Part shown: positions 51,464 through 60,246 of the stretch, in pieces | Layout of the letters: each line of letters opens with the position of its first letter | Numbering within the stretch: the first letter of the stretch is position 1 | Notes under the pieces: model-generated | What the model was told of the DNA's origin: nothing | The model's database searches: none | Seen by the model: only the letters and a program-made list of their open reading frames with translations | Made by a program: the position numbers and the translations under genes | Assembly (NCBI GenBank): GCA_963718565.1 | Contig: OY970364.1 | Span: 2,176,001-2,240,000, forward strand | From: an uncultured Verrucomicrobiae bacterium | GTDB lineage: Bacteria; Chlamydiota; Chlamydiia; Chlamydiales; Rhabdochlamydiaceae | Length of the DNA stretch: 64,000 bases | Reading direction: 5' to 3'

Positions 51464-51907
51464 ATGACAGAGACCGAAATCCCAACTGTTGCAAGTGACT
51501 CCGGATCTCTTCCCGTTTATGCCTCGGCTTTTGCTGCAGGAGCTGATGTCAAGGCCTGCATTAAAGAACCTCTTGCCATCGAGCCCGGTACTTCTGCATT
51601 AATCCCTACGGGGTTGCGTTTTGCCATACCCGAGGGATATGAAATCCAGGTGCGTCCGCGTAGCGGACTGGCTTTGAAGAATCAAATTACGGTGTTAAAT
51701 TCTCCTGGCACGATTGATGCGGATTATCGTGGAGAGGTCAGCGTGATCTTGATCAATCATGGAAAAAATACTTTTATCATCACCCCCGGCATGCGCATTG
51801 CGCAAATAGTGCTTGCACGTGTAGAAAGAGCCATTTTTACCCTTGAGGAGTCCTTAGTATCAACTTCACGTGGAGAGGGCGGTTTTGGCCATACTGGCAC
51901 GCATTAA
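51464..51907 (+). CDS. dut: dUTPase
   Basis: [34 protein letters not shown]. Confidence 0.97.
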   Translation: MTETEIPTVASDSGSLPVYASAFAAGADVKACIKEPLAIEPGTSALIPTGLRFAIPEGYEIQVRPRSGLALKNQITVLNSPGTIDADYRGEVSVILINHGKNTFIITPGMRIAQIVLARVERAIFTLEESLVSTSRGEGGFGHTGTH

Positions 51908-51965
51908 TCATCAGATTGTCGTTAGCATTAGCGACTTTAAAAAAATCTTTAAGAAAGGAGCGTGT

Positions 51966-52415
51966 GTGGCGATCTCCAATTATTTGGATGAGCGTCTCGT
52001 CCTATTTTTAAATGCCGATTCCCGTGACGAAGCTCTTGAACAATTGATCGGACTTTTGGAAAAAGGTGGAAAATTGAAAAACGCCAAAGTTTTTCATGAA
52101 GCCATATTAGAACGCGAAAAAATCGTTTCTACAGGAATAGGGTTGGGAGTGGCCGTTCCCCACGCGAAATTGCAAGGATATGATGATTTTTTCATTGCGA
52201 TTGGCATCCAGCCTAAAGGGGGAATTGAGTGGAATGCGCTGGACAGTTCACCTGTGCGTTTGATCTTTATGATCGGCGGCCCCGAAAATAAACAAACCGA
52301 GTATTTGAAAATTTTGTCCCATCTCACAATGGCCATTAAAAATGAAGAGCGGCGCAAAAAATTGCTCAAAGCGTATGATGCAAAAGAAGTGATAGCCCTA
52401 TTTGCTGATTGTTAA
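51966..52415 (+). CDS. ptsN: PTS IIA(Ntr)-like protein
   Basis: EREKIVSTGIG.GVAVPHAK; GTG start behind AAGGAG. Confidence 0.9.
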   Translation: MAISNYLDERLVLFLNADSRDEALEQLIGLLEKGGKLKNAKVFHEAILEREKIVSTGIGLGVAVPHAKLQGYDDFFIAIGIQPKGGIEWNALDSSPVRLIFMIGGPENKQTEYLKILSHLTMAIKNEERRKKLLKAYDAKEVIALFADC

Positions 52416-52464
52416 TCTGTAAGAAGCTATCGTTCGAACCAAAGAATATCATGAGCGGTGCTTT

Positions 52465-53202
52465 ATGGACCTCAAGATTAAAGATGTCGCAGAATTGCTA
52501 AATGTTTCCGAGACGACAATCCGTCGTTGGCTCTCCGATGGAAAAATCCCTGCTTATCGCATTAACCATCAATACCGTTTCAGTCGGATCGAAATTGAGA
52601 ATTGGATGATGCGCTGCAAAATCAAGTCTCCCGAAGAAGGTTTTTCTCCTTTCCATGAAGTCCAAATCTATCCTCCACTCGAAGTAGAAAAAGACCCTCA
52701 GGAGGCAGCTTCTCGCGGAGGCATGCATCATTTTTGCCTTTATCGAGCCATCCATCAAGGGGATGTTTTCTCCAATATTCCTGCAAAGACAAAAGAAGAA
52801 TTGATTCGCTGGACAACGAAGGCTGTGAGCCAGAAATTAGGCGTCGATGCGGAAATGCTTTCCGAGCTTCTTCTCGATCGCGAGAAACTCATGCCTACAG
52901 CACTCAACAATGGAATTGCTGTCCCGCATACGCGCGACTTCTTGCGCAAAGGACCGCTTGACACAGTCTTTGTGGTGTATCCCAAGGACTCCCTCGACTA
53001 TGGGGCTCTTGATGGAAAATCTGTCCATACCTTATTTTTCCTTTTTGCTAGCAACGACAAGGGCCATTTGCAATTGCTCGCCAAGCTTGCCCATCTGGGC
53101 AGTAATCCAAAGGCACTCGAATTTTTAAGCACAAAGCCAGACAAAAAATCTCTGCTCGATTTCATCCGCAGCTGGGAAGGTCAAGTACGGGCGGTTGTTT
53201 AA
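52465..53202 (+). CDS. ptsN: HTH-fused PTS IIA(Ntr)-like protein
   Basis: N-terminal excisionase-like HTH (VAELLNVSETTIRRW); PTALNNGIAVPH. Confidence 0.9.
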   Translation: MDLKIKDVAELLNVSETTIRRWLSDGKIPAYRINHQYRFSRIEIENWMMRCKIKSPEEGFSPFHEVQIYPPLEVEKDPQEAASRGGMHHFCLYRAIHQGDVFSNIPAKTKEELIRWTTKAVSQKLGVDAEMLSELLLDREKLMPTALNNGIAVPHTRDFLRKGPLDTVFVVYPKDSLDYGALDGKSVHTLFFLFASNDKGHLQLLAKLAHLGSNPKALEFLSTKPDKKSLLDFIRSWEGQVRAVV

Positions 53203-53261
53203 GCTTTTATTTTATCCTATTTTTAGGTATCATTTAACACACTCTTACACGAACAGGAAGT

Positions 53262-54728
53262 ATGGCAAAAGGATTATTTATCAAGAAATCGATTAAGACG
53301 CTGCTCGATGAAGCTCAAGAGAGCCAGCATACGATGAAGCGTTCCCTAGGAGCAACGACACTGACTGCAATGGGAATTGGCGCAATTATTGGCGCCGGTA
53401 TTTTTGTTCTCACAGGTCAGGCCGCCGCGGAATATGCCGGTCCCGGTATTCTCATTTCCTTTATTTTGGCCGCACTCATCTGCGTGTTTGCTGCACTCTG
53501 TTACGCTGAGTTTGCTTCGTTGATCCCGATTTCCGGTAGTGCTTATACTTATGCCTACGCAACGATGGGGGAATTGACAGCCTGGATCATTGGCTGGGGG
53601 CTGACCATGGAATACCTTTTCTCTGCGTCAACTGTGGCCGTAGGTTGGTCGGGATATTTTGTCAGCCTGCTCCAAGATCTTGGAATTAAGATTCCCTCCC
53701 ATTTTGCCAATGCCCCGATCAGCTATGATATTGCTCAGGGGTGGATGAAAACAGGGGCGATCATTAATCTTCCTGCGATGTTGATCGTCGTTTTGATGGG
53801 AACTCTAGTGGCTGTTGGGATTAAAGCAGCTGCAAGTTTCAATAATGTAATGGTGATCATTAAATTAGGGGTCATCGCCCTATTCATTGCTTGCGGTATC
53901 GCCTATATTAATTCCGACAATCTCACGCCTTTTATTCCGCAAAATGCGGGAACTTTTGGTCAGTTTGGTTTTAGCGGGGTGCTCCGGGGAGCAGGAGTTG
54001 TCTTCTTTGCCTTTATCGGCTTTGACGCGCTGTCGACGATGGCGCAGGAATGCCGAAATCCGCAAAAGCACATGCCGATTGGAATGTTGGGCTCATTGGG
54101 AATTTCCACGGTGGTCTACATCATTGTCGGGATCGTCCTTCTCGGTGTAGTGAGCTATACAACGCTCAATGTCCCTGATCCGATTGCGGTCGCCGTCAAC
54201 GCATTGGGGCCAAACTTTATATGGCTGCGTTTTGTCATAAAAATCGCAATCTTAGCTGGCCTTACCTCTGTTGTACTCGTCATGCTGCTCGGTCAAGCGC
54301 GTATCTTTTATACGATGTCGAAAGATGGTCTTTTGCCAAAATCTTTTTCGAAAATCAGCCGTCGTTTCCATACGCCCTTTTTTTCGACCGTCATTGTTTC
54401 GATTGTTGCCCTTTTTTTCACAGGAATCTTTCCGGTGGGAATTTTAGGCCAGTTAACGTGCATGGGGGCGCTCCTTGCTTTTGCGATCGTCTGCTTTGGA
54501 ATTCTAGTATTGCGCTATAAACAGCCCACTTTGCATCGGCCGTTCAAAACGCCATTTGTCCCTTGGGTTCCGCTACTCGGAACGATTGTTTGCGTGATTC
54601 AAATGATTGCTCTTCCAGGTGTCACTTGGGTACAATTTGTGATTTGGATGATTGTGGGATGCATCATTTATTTTGGCTATAGCATCAAACACAGCAAGGC
54701 CCGCGCTCTGCTGACTAAAAAGAGATGA
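53262..54728 (+). CDS. APC-family amino acid permease (cationic amino acid transporter-like)
   Basis: GAIIGAGIF, CYAEFAS.IP.SGSAYTY, FFAFIGFD, RPFKTP. Confidence 0.92.
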   Translation: MAKGLFIKKSIKTLLDEAQESQHTMKRSLGATTLTAMGIGAIIGAGIFVLTGQAAAEYAGPGILISFILAALICVFAALCYAEFASLIPISGSAYTYAYATMGELTAWIIGWGLTMEYLFSASTVAVGWSGYFVSLLQDLGIKIPSHFANAPISYDIAQGWMKTGAIINLPAMLIVVLMGTLVAVGIKAAASFNNVMVIIKLGVIALFIACGIAYINSDNLTPFIPQNAGTFGQFGFSGVLRGAGVVFFAFIGFDALSTMAQECRNPQKHMPIGMLGSLGISTVVYIIVGIVLLGVVSYTTLNVPDPIAVAVNALGPNFIWLRFVIKIAILAGLTSVVLVMLLGQARIFYTMSKDGLLPKSFSKISRRFHTPFFSTVIVSIVALFFTGIFPVGILGQLTCMGALLAFAIVCFGILVLRYKQPTLHRPFKTPFVPWVPLLGTIVCVIQMIALPGVTWVQFVIWMIVGCIIYFGYSIKHSKARALLTKKR

Positions 54729-54759
54729 GTGTAATAAGGTATTAACGAGGGTTTCTTGT

Positions 54760-55392
54760 ATGGTCGACATCAGTAAATTCAAGGAAGAGGAAGCAGAAGG
54801 ATATCGCGTCGATATTATCGGCAGAAATATTCAAGTCACTGAACCGATCCGCATGTATGTCTGGGACAAGTTGTCTAAAATCGAACGGTTCCACAATCAC
54901 ATTATGCACTTGCACATGACGCTTGAAATTCAAAAGCTTGAGCATGTCTGCACCATTGTCCTCAAGATCGACCATACTGAAGTGAAATGCCAATCTAAAA
55001 GTACGGACATGTATGCTTCGATTGACAAGGCAATTGATCGTTTGCACTCTCTTTTAGCGCGTTATAAGAGTCGCCTTCAAGATCACCATCGGAAGAAATC
55101 GTCTGTCATCGACGTCCAAGTGAATGTTTTGCACCGGCCCTATAATGAAGTTGATGAGATCAATGCGGCAATCGAAGAGGTAAATGCTCAATCTAAGATT
55201 GAAGCTTTTGGTCCGCTAAAAATTATCGGTACGGAGACTAAGCCCCTTAAGACATTGACCATCGATGAAGCTGTGATGAAGATGGATCTTTCTGGAGATT
55301 CATTTTTAATTTTCCGTGCCGAAGAAGATATGAAACTGAAAGTTCTCTATCGTAGGAAAGATGGGAATTATGGGCTCATCCAGCCCGAATAG
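54760..55392 (+). CDS. hpf: Ribosome hibernation factor, long HPF/RaiA
   Basis: GRNIQVTE, DMYASID, EAVMKM..F.IF..VLYRRKDGNYGLI. Confidence 0.92.
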   Translation: MVDISKFKEEEAEGYRVDIIGRNIQVTEPIRMYVWDKLSKIERFHNHIMHLHMTLEIQKLEHVCTIVLKIDHTEVKCQSKSTDMYASIDKAIDRLHSLLARYKSRLQDHHRKKSSVIDVQVNVLHRPYNEVDEINAAIEEVNAQSKIEAFGPLKIIGTETKPLKTLTIDEAVMKMDLSGDSFLIFRAEEDMKLKVLYRRKDGNYGLIQPE

Positions 55393-55855
55393 CTCCCTTG
55401 TCTTCGATGAGGTGCGCCTTTGCTGGGTAAAGGCAACCCCTGAAGAACGAGTTCGTCAGCGTTGGCTAAAATGGATGATCCATGGACTTCACTACCCCAA
55501 AGAACTTTTAGTTGTAGAAAAAGGACTCAAGGAACTTCCCCATCTCCACGGAAAAAATGTTCCAGAGCGCAGGCTTGACATTCTATGTTACGGAAAAGGG
55601 ATCCATCCCTCCTTTCCGCTGTATCCTTTGGTGATGATCGAGTGCAAGAAGGACGGACGACTAACCGATGAAGCAGTCGATCAAGTGATCGGTTATAATC
55701 ACTATGTTAAAGCCTATTTTATTGCTATTGTGAACCTTGAGGAAGTAAGATTTGGTTGTTTTCAAACGAATGAGAAGGAATATCAATTTTATTCTGTTCT
55801 TCCCTCATTTAAGGAGTTAATGCAGTGGGTCAAGCCCTCATCAGCGATCTTTTAA
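55361..55855 (+). CDS. Stand-alone HsdR N-terminal-like PD-(D/E)xK domain protein
   Basis: TPEERVRQ, YPKE..VEK, RLDI, IECK, Q...YN. Confidence 0.75.
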   Translation: MGIMGSSSPNSSLVFDEVRLCWVKATPEERVRQRWLKWMIHGLHYPKELLVVEKGLKELPHLHGKNVPERRLDILCYGKGIHPSFPLYPLVMIECKKDGRLTDEAVDQVIGYNHYVKAYFIAIVNLEEVRFGCFQTNEKEYQFYSVLPSFKELMQWVKPSSAIF

Positions 55856-57387
55856 TTCCAGACTTGAAATTCATCGATCTCAAATCAAACCTTGAAGAGA
55901 TCGATGTTTTGTTTATTTTTGGCGTCGGCGATGGCTCTTTGCCTCATTATCTTTCGGCATGGTTAAAAAAAAAGGACAATCGTTTCATCGTTTTCATTGA
56001 AGAAGAGGAAGAACTTTTTTTAAGGGCAAAAGAGCTTACAGTAAAGAATGGTCCCAAAGTCCGCCTTTTTTATTGGAAAAGAGACGATGAAGAGATTTTT
56101 CAACATATTGCTTGGGAATTTATTTTTTTACGCTTTGGATACATCCTTCCAGAACCCCATTATAAACAAGCAGCCAAAGACTTTTTTATCCCATTAGAGC
56201 ATTACCATCGCGGGGTGGATTTGCTGGCATCAGATAGCGAGGACATGGGAGTCAAAGTGCTAAAGAATGCCATGAAGAATTTATCAGCACTCCCTAAAGC
56301 GCGCCTTGGCTCCTCTCTTGAAGGGAAGTGTACACACATCCCAGCCATTGTGTGCGGAGCGGGCTCCACACTTGATCAAGCGGCGCCGCTACTGGCTAAA
56401 ATGAGAGACAACGCGCTGATTATCGCTGGCGGATCGAGCGCTGCCGCCCTCAATGCGCATGGAATCGTCCCTCATATTTTTGCTAGCATTGATCCCCATC
56501 CTCCTTATCGGCGTTTTTTAGAGCAGGACTGCTTCGAGGTGCCCTTTTTCTATCAGGGCCGATTTTGCTACTCTTTATTGGAAAGGGTCCAAGGACCTTT
56601 GATTGTCATGTCCGATAGCGGCAACTATCCTTTAGAGGCTTGGGCTTCAGCTGAAGCCGGTATTTTCGCAGAGCGATTCGATGGAGGATGGACTGTGGCT
56701 AACTTTTGCACGTCGATTGCCGCCCATTTGGGCTGCAATCCCATTATTTTTGTCGGGATGGACTTTTCCTGCGGACCCGATGAAATGTATGCCTCGAAAA
56801 TCGGAGGCGATGAAAACCGAGGGTGTTTGGTCGAGTTGGAAAAAGGCAAGCTTTATTCTAAACGCGATTGGTTAATGAGCGCTGAATGGACAGTCTCGTT
56901 TGCCAAGAAGAATCCGCACATTCATTGGATCCATGCTTCTACAGGTGGCATCGATCTTCCGGGAATCGAACGCAGAGAACTTTCCGAGGTCGCGATGTCT
57001 TTGCTTGAAACGCCATTTGATATGGCGGGGATCGTCCATTCGCTCGTTTCCAATGCCGCACCTTCTCAAGTCGCTTCCGAAAAAGTCGAGAATGTGAGAA
57101 AGAAAGTAAAAGCGAGCTTTGAAAAATGCCTTGAGGTTTGTGAGGGAATGCTCAAAGTGTGGGAAAAGTATTATCCAAATTCTCCTCTAGAGAAAGGAGA
57201 GTATGCTGTTTTGGACATTGAACTTGAACAAGAGGTTTGTCATCATCATTTTCTCCTTCCCCTTTGGAATGTGTGGAAACATCCCATTGTGCGATCTTCG
57301 TTTCACCCACTGGGTGCCCATATCCACAGATTACTCTTTTTTAAGAAGGCTGTCGAAATGCATTTACCCTACTTGAGGTCATTGTGA
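55825..57387 (+). CDS. DUF115/Maf-like (MptE-like) glycosyltransferase-domain protein
   Basis: PAIVCGAGSTL, IIAGGS, GIVPH..SIDP, TVAN..HLGCNPIIFVGMDFS. Confidence 0.8.
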   Translation: MGQALISDLLIPDLKFIDLKSNLEEIDVLFIFGVGDGSLPHYLSAWLKKKDNRFIVFIEEEEELFLRAKELTVKNGPKVRLFYWKRDDEEIFQHIAWEFIFLRFGYILPEPHYKQAAKDFFIPLEHYHRGVDLLASDSEDMGVKVLKNAMKNLSALPKARLGSSLEGKCTHIPAIVCGAGSTLDQAAPLLAKMRDNALIIAGGSSAAALNAHGIVPHIFASIDPHPPYRRFLEQDCFEVPFFYQGRFCYSLLERVQGPLIVMSDSGNYPLEAWASAEAGIFAERFDGGWTVANFCTSIAAHLGCNPIIFVGMDFSCGPDEMYASKIGGDENRGCLVELEKGKLYSKRDWLMSAEWTVSFAKKNPHIHWIHASTGGIDLPGIERRELSEVAMSLLETPFDMAGIVHSLVSNAAPSQVASEKVENVRKKVKASFEKCLEVCEGMLKVWEKYYPNSPLEKGEYAVLDIELEQEVCHHHFLLPLWNVWKHPIVRSSFHPLGAHIHRLLFFKKAVEMHLPYLRSL

Positions 57388-58109
57388 TGAACTTCACGGA
57401 CAAGGATCAATATCTCTTTTCTAAAGATGAGCTGATTATTCGCGATCATGAGCTCAATATTGCGATTACTTTTCCCTCTTTTCTTCCTCGGCTTCCGCTT
57501 GAGATGTCAGGACAGGGTGTCGTTCAAGATCGGGACCAAGAGGGCAACCTTCAGTCCGTATATCTTGTTTGCGATGGAAGGCGTCATGGAGAGTGCCGTC
57601 TTTTTGCTGAAGGGAATAAACTCTGCGCTGAAATGTTCTATCTTCACGGCAAGCTGCACGGCCCTTCTATCCTGTATTCTGAACAGGGCAAAATCCTTGC
57701 AAAAACATGGTACTGCGAAGGAAAACGCGTCGGCAAAGCTCATTACTATTTCCTCTCGGGCTTGCTCTCGAGTTTACAGCGATTTAAAGAGGGAGAGTGG
57801 GAAGGATTGCAAGAATACTTTTATGAAGATGGGTCCAAGAAAAGTTTGATTCCTTTCTTTCATGGAAAACTCCACGGTGAGGTCCAGCTGTTTTGGGAGT
57901 CCGGCAAACCCAAACGCTCTGTGCATTATGTAGAGGGGCTTCGCGAGGGGCCGGACAAATTATGGAATGAAAAAGGCATTTTAATCGATGAAGGAGAATA
58001 CCGGTCAGGGCTGCCTGTGGGTATTCACCGCCATTATTTTGCCGACGGCAAACTGAAAGAAGAGTCGAATTTCCATGGGAAATATACCGCGCACAGGAAG
58101 GTTTTGTGA
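57384..58109 (+). CDS. MORN-variant repeat protein (YwqK-like)
   Basis: Repeated Y..GK.HG / F.EG..EG units; last 8 codons derive from the MITE insertion. Confidence 0.85.
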   Translation: MMNFTDKDQYLFSKDELIIRDHELNIAITFPSFLPRLPLEMSGQGVVQDRDQEGNLQSVYLVCDGRRHGECRLFAEGNKLCAEMFYLHGKLHGPSILYSEQGKILAKTWYCEGKRVGKAHYYFLSGLLSSLQRFKEGEWEGLQEYFYEDGSKKSLIPFFHGKLHGEVQLFWESGKPKRSVHYVEGLREGPDKLWNEKGILIDEGEYRSGLPVGIHRHYFADGKLKEESNFHGKYTAHRKVL

Positions 58110-58307
58110 ATTTGGACTCAGCGAGGCAAAGCACAATCGAAGCTTGCGGTCCGAATGACGAAGCCATAGTGAAAACTATGGCTGCGGAGACACGAGAAGG
58201 TCTAGTAGACCTTCGCAGTGCAGAGCAGGTGAGCGAAGCGAACTGGGAGGATTGATTGTGCAAAGCCGCAGCCAGTCCAAATTCACAAAACCTTCCTGTG
58301 CGCGGTA
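58085..58307. mobile_element. MITE, TACYG-ended family (223 bp)
   Basis: Perfect 34-bp TIR TACCGCGCACAGGAAGGTTTTGTGAATTTGGACT; TA duplication; nested hairpins. Confidence 0.92.
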
Positions 58308-60114
58308 TAACATCCAGGATCACGTTCATTTATTAGAACGTTATCCTGAACTGGTTTTCTTATTGAGTTACACGCCATATATTCCTTATCCCCTCATCAC
58401 CAGTGTAGATCACAAGCTGAGCGCTGAAGAACTCCATTCCGGTTCTATTTCACAAGAGATTGCGGACTTTAAAACAAAACTGCATTTAGAGGGCGTCGAT
58501 ATTCTCTATGTCTATGGCCTTGGGCTTGGATATCATTATGCTGCATTAAAAGGGTGGCTAAAGGAAAAACGAGAAAGGCGTCTGATTTTCCTTGAGGATG
58601 AACTGGCCGCTGTCTATGCCCTGCTCTCTTCGGAACACGCGCAGGATCTCTTCTACGATCCCCAAGTCGTCGTGCGTTTCATTCCCGATCCTAAACGACT
58701 TCAAGAGCATTTAGAAGAACTTACAGCTTCTTATTCTTGCGATCGCATCGAAGTGGCAGCAATTGCATCCTACCAGAAGAAAAAAAAGCGCCGCTTTCTT
58801 CAGATCCGCCTAAAATTGCTTAGACTTTCCGCTGTCCATCACGCCATCCTCACCGAAGCGCTTTACTCTCATAAGATGCTTGTCAATCTCTTGCGCAATA
58901 TTCGACGCTGGCCAGGTTCATTCCTCGCTGGAGGTCTCAAAGGGAAATTTTGTGGCATCCCTGCAGTGGTCTGTGGCGCGGGCCCTTCGCTTCAAGCAAG
59001 TTTGCCGCACCTAAAAAAAATAGAGGACCGCGCCTTGATCATCGCCGGCGGTTCGACAATTGCTGCTTTAAGCAATCAAGGGATTCAACCTCATCTTGGA
59101 ATTGCTTTGGACCCTAATGCCGAAGAGTTCGGTAGATTGAAAATTGCCTCAGCTTATGAAATGCCTTTGATTTATGCCACACGCCTTCAACCCGATGTCT
59201 TCAACGCCTTGAACGGGGAACGAGGCTACCTCGTTTCAGACACTGGCGGATCGTGTGAACGTTACTTTGAAAGACAGATGGAAATCGAAGAAGAGCCCGT
59301 AGGTCCAGAGTTAGGGTCGGAAGCGCTTTCTGTCACCACGCTTGCCATTGCGCTTGCAGTGGAAATGGGCTGCCATCCTCTCTTCTTGAACGGGATTGAT
59401 CTCGCGTACACCGGAACACAGCGCTATGCAGAGGGGATTCTGCCCTCCTCGCACATCGACATATCTGAAAAGCGCCGTGAGAAAAAATCACCGGAGCGTC
59501 TGCTCAAGCGCAAGGACATCCGTGGCCATTATGTGCATACGCTTGTCAAATGGGTGATGGAGTCCGAATGCATTGCCGCTTATGCCAAAGCTCATCCAGA
59601 GACAGGTTTTATCAATGTCTCCGAAGGAGGAATCGGATTTCCCGGGATTCCCAACGTGCCGCTCCTCGAAGCCGCACAAGGGCTCAACCAACAGCTTGAC
59701 CTGCGCGCTCTTCTCCATGCGGAAATCCAGAAACTCAAAATCCCTCTTTCCAAAGAAAAGATCTTTCGCGAGATGAAGGAGGTGGGTGAAAGTTTGCTCC
59801 GCCTGGGCAGCATTGCGGAAGAAATGCTCGAGGAGCTAGAAAGAGTAAAACATCTGTTTCCCTTTGGGCAGCTGGTTCTTCCTACAGGAAAAATGACGAT
59901 CCTCGAGATCGATTTTCAAGAGGAAAAAGCTTTTGAATGCCTGTTTCCCTCTTTGGGGCCAGCTCTTGATAAACTCTTAGAGCGCGCCTTCTATGTTCCT
60001 GCCCACTGTACAGAAGAACAGCAGCGGCACATCTCTTTAGAATGCAAGATTGCAAAATGGCGGCAATGGAAAGAGATTATCGATAGCGAAATTGGCCTCT
60101 TTCAGATGCATTAA
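58258..60114 (+). CDS. Second DUF115/Maf-like protein; native ATG 58075 displaced by the MITE, likely new GTG start
   Basis: YGLGLGYH, PAVVCGAGPSL, IIAGGS, LDPN, SVTT..MGCHP..GIDLAY, INVSEGG. Confidence 0.8.
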   Translation: MQSRSQSKFTKPSCARYNIQDHVHLLERYPELVFLLSYTPYIPYPLITSVDHKLSAEELHSGSISQEIADFKTKLHLEGVDILYVYGLGLGYHYAALKGWLKEKRERRLIFLEDELAAVYALLSSEHAQDLFYDPQVVVRFIPDPKRLQEHLEELTASYSCDRIEVAAIASYQKKKKRRFLQIRLKLLRLSAVHHAILTEALYSHKMLVNLLRNIRRWPGSFLAGGLKGKFCGIPAVVCGAGPSLQASLPHLKKIEDRALIIAGGSTIAALSNQGIQPHLGIALDPNAEEFGRLKIASAYEMPLIYATRLQPDVFNALNGERGYLVSDTGGSCERYFERQMEIEEEPVGPELGSEALSVTTLAIALAVEMGCHPLFLNGIDLAYTGTQRYAEGILPSSHIDISEKRREKKSPERLLKRKDIRGHYVHTLVKWVMESECIAAYAKAHPETGFINVSEGGIGFPGIPNVPLLEAAQGLNQQLDLRALLHAEIQKLKIPLSKEKIFREMKEVGESLLRLGSIAEEMLEELERVKHLFPFGQLVLPTGKMTILEIDFQEEKAFECLFPSLGPALDKLLERAFYVPAHCTEEQQRHISLECKIAKWRQWKEIIDSEIGLFQMH

Positions 60115-60246
60115 AATTTTTCTTGATTCTATTCCATAACTGCAGTTAAATGGTCATCTCAAAAAAAGAATGAGATCAAGTCGATGAGAGATTTAATAAA
60201 CTCCAGAGGGAATTGCAAAACTCCTCTCCAATAAGGGGGTATTGAT

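Noticed and set aside
55361..55855. Type I restriction-modification or defence locus
   Set aside because: Only a short stand-alone HsdR-N-like domain; no helicase, hsdM or hsdS in the window
57384..58109. YwqJK toxin-antitoxin pair
   Set aside because: MORN-variant repeats attract that label generically; no adjacent toxin-like gene
58156..58185. Selenocysteine UGA with SECIS
   Set aside because: The UGA and hairpin are internal MITE sequence also found at 24328; no selenoprotein context or sel genes are visible
57384..60114. Ancestral MORN-Maf fusion gene (obtained if a TATA duplication is assumed)
   Set aside because: The TA-duplication model gives a clean stop/start overlap and also restores the gene at 19072, so it is preferred; the fusion is not formally excluded
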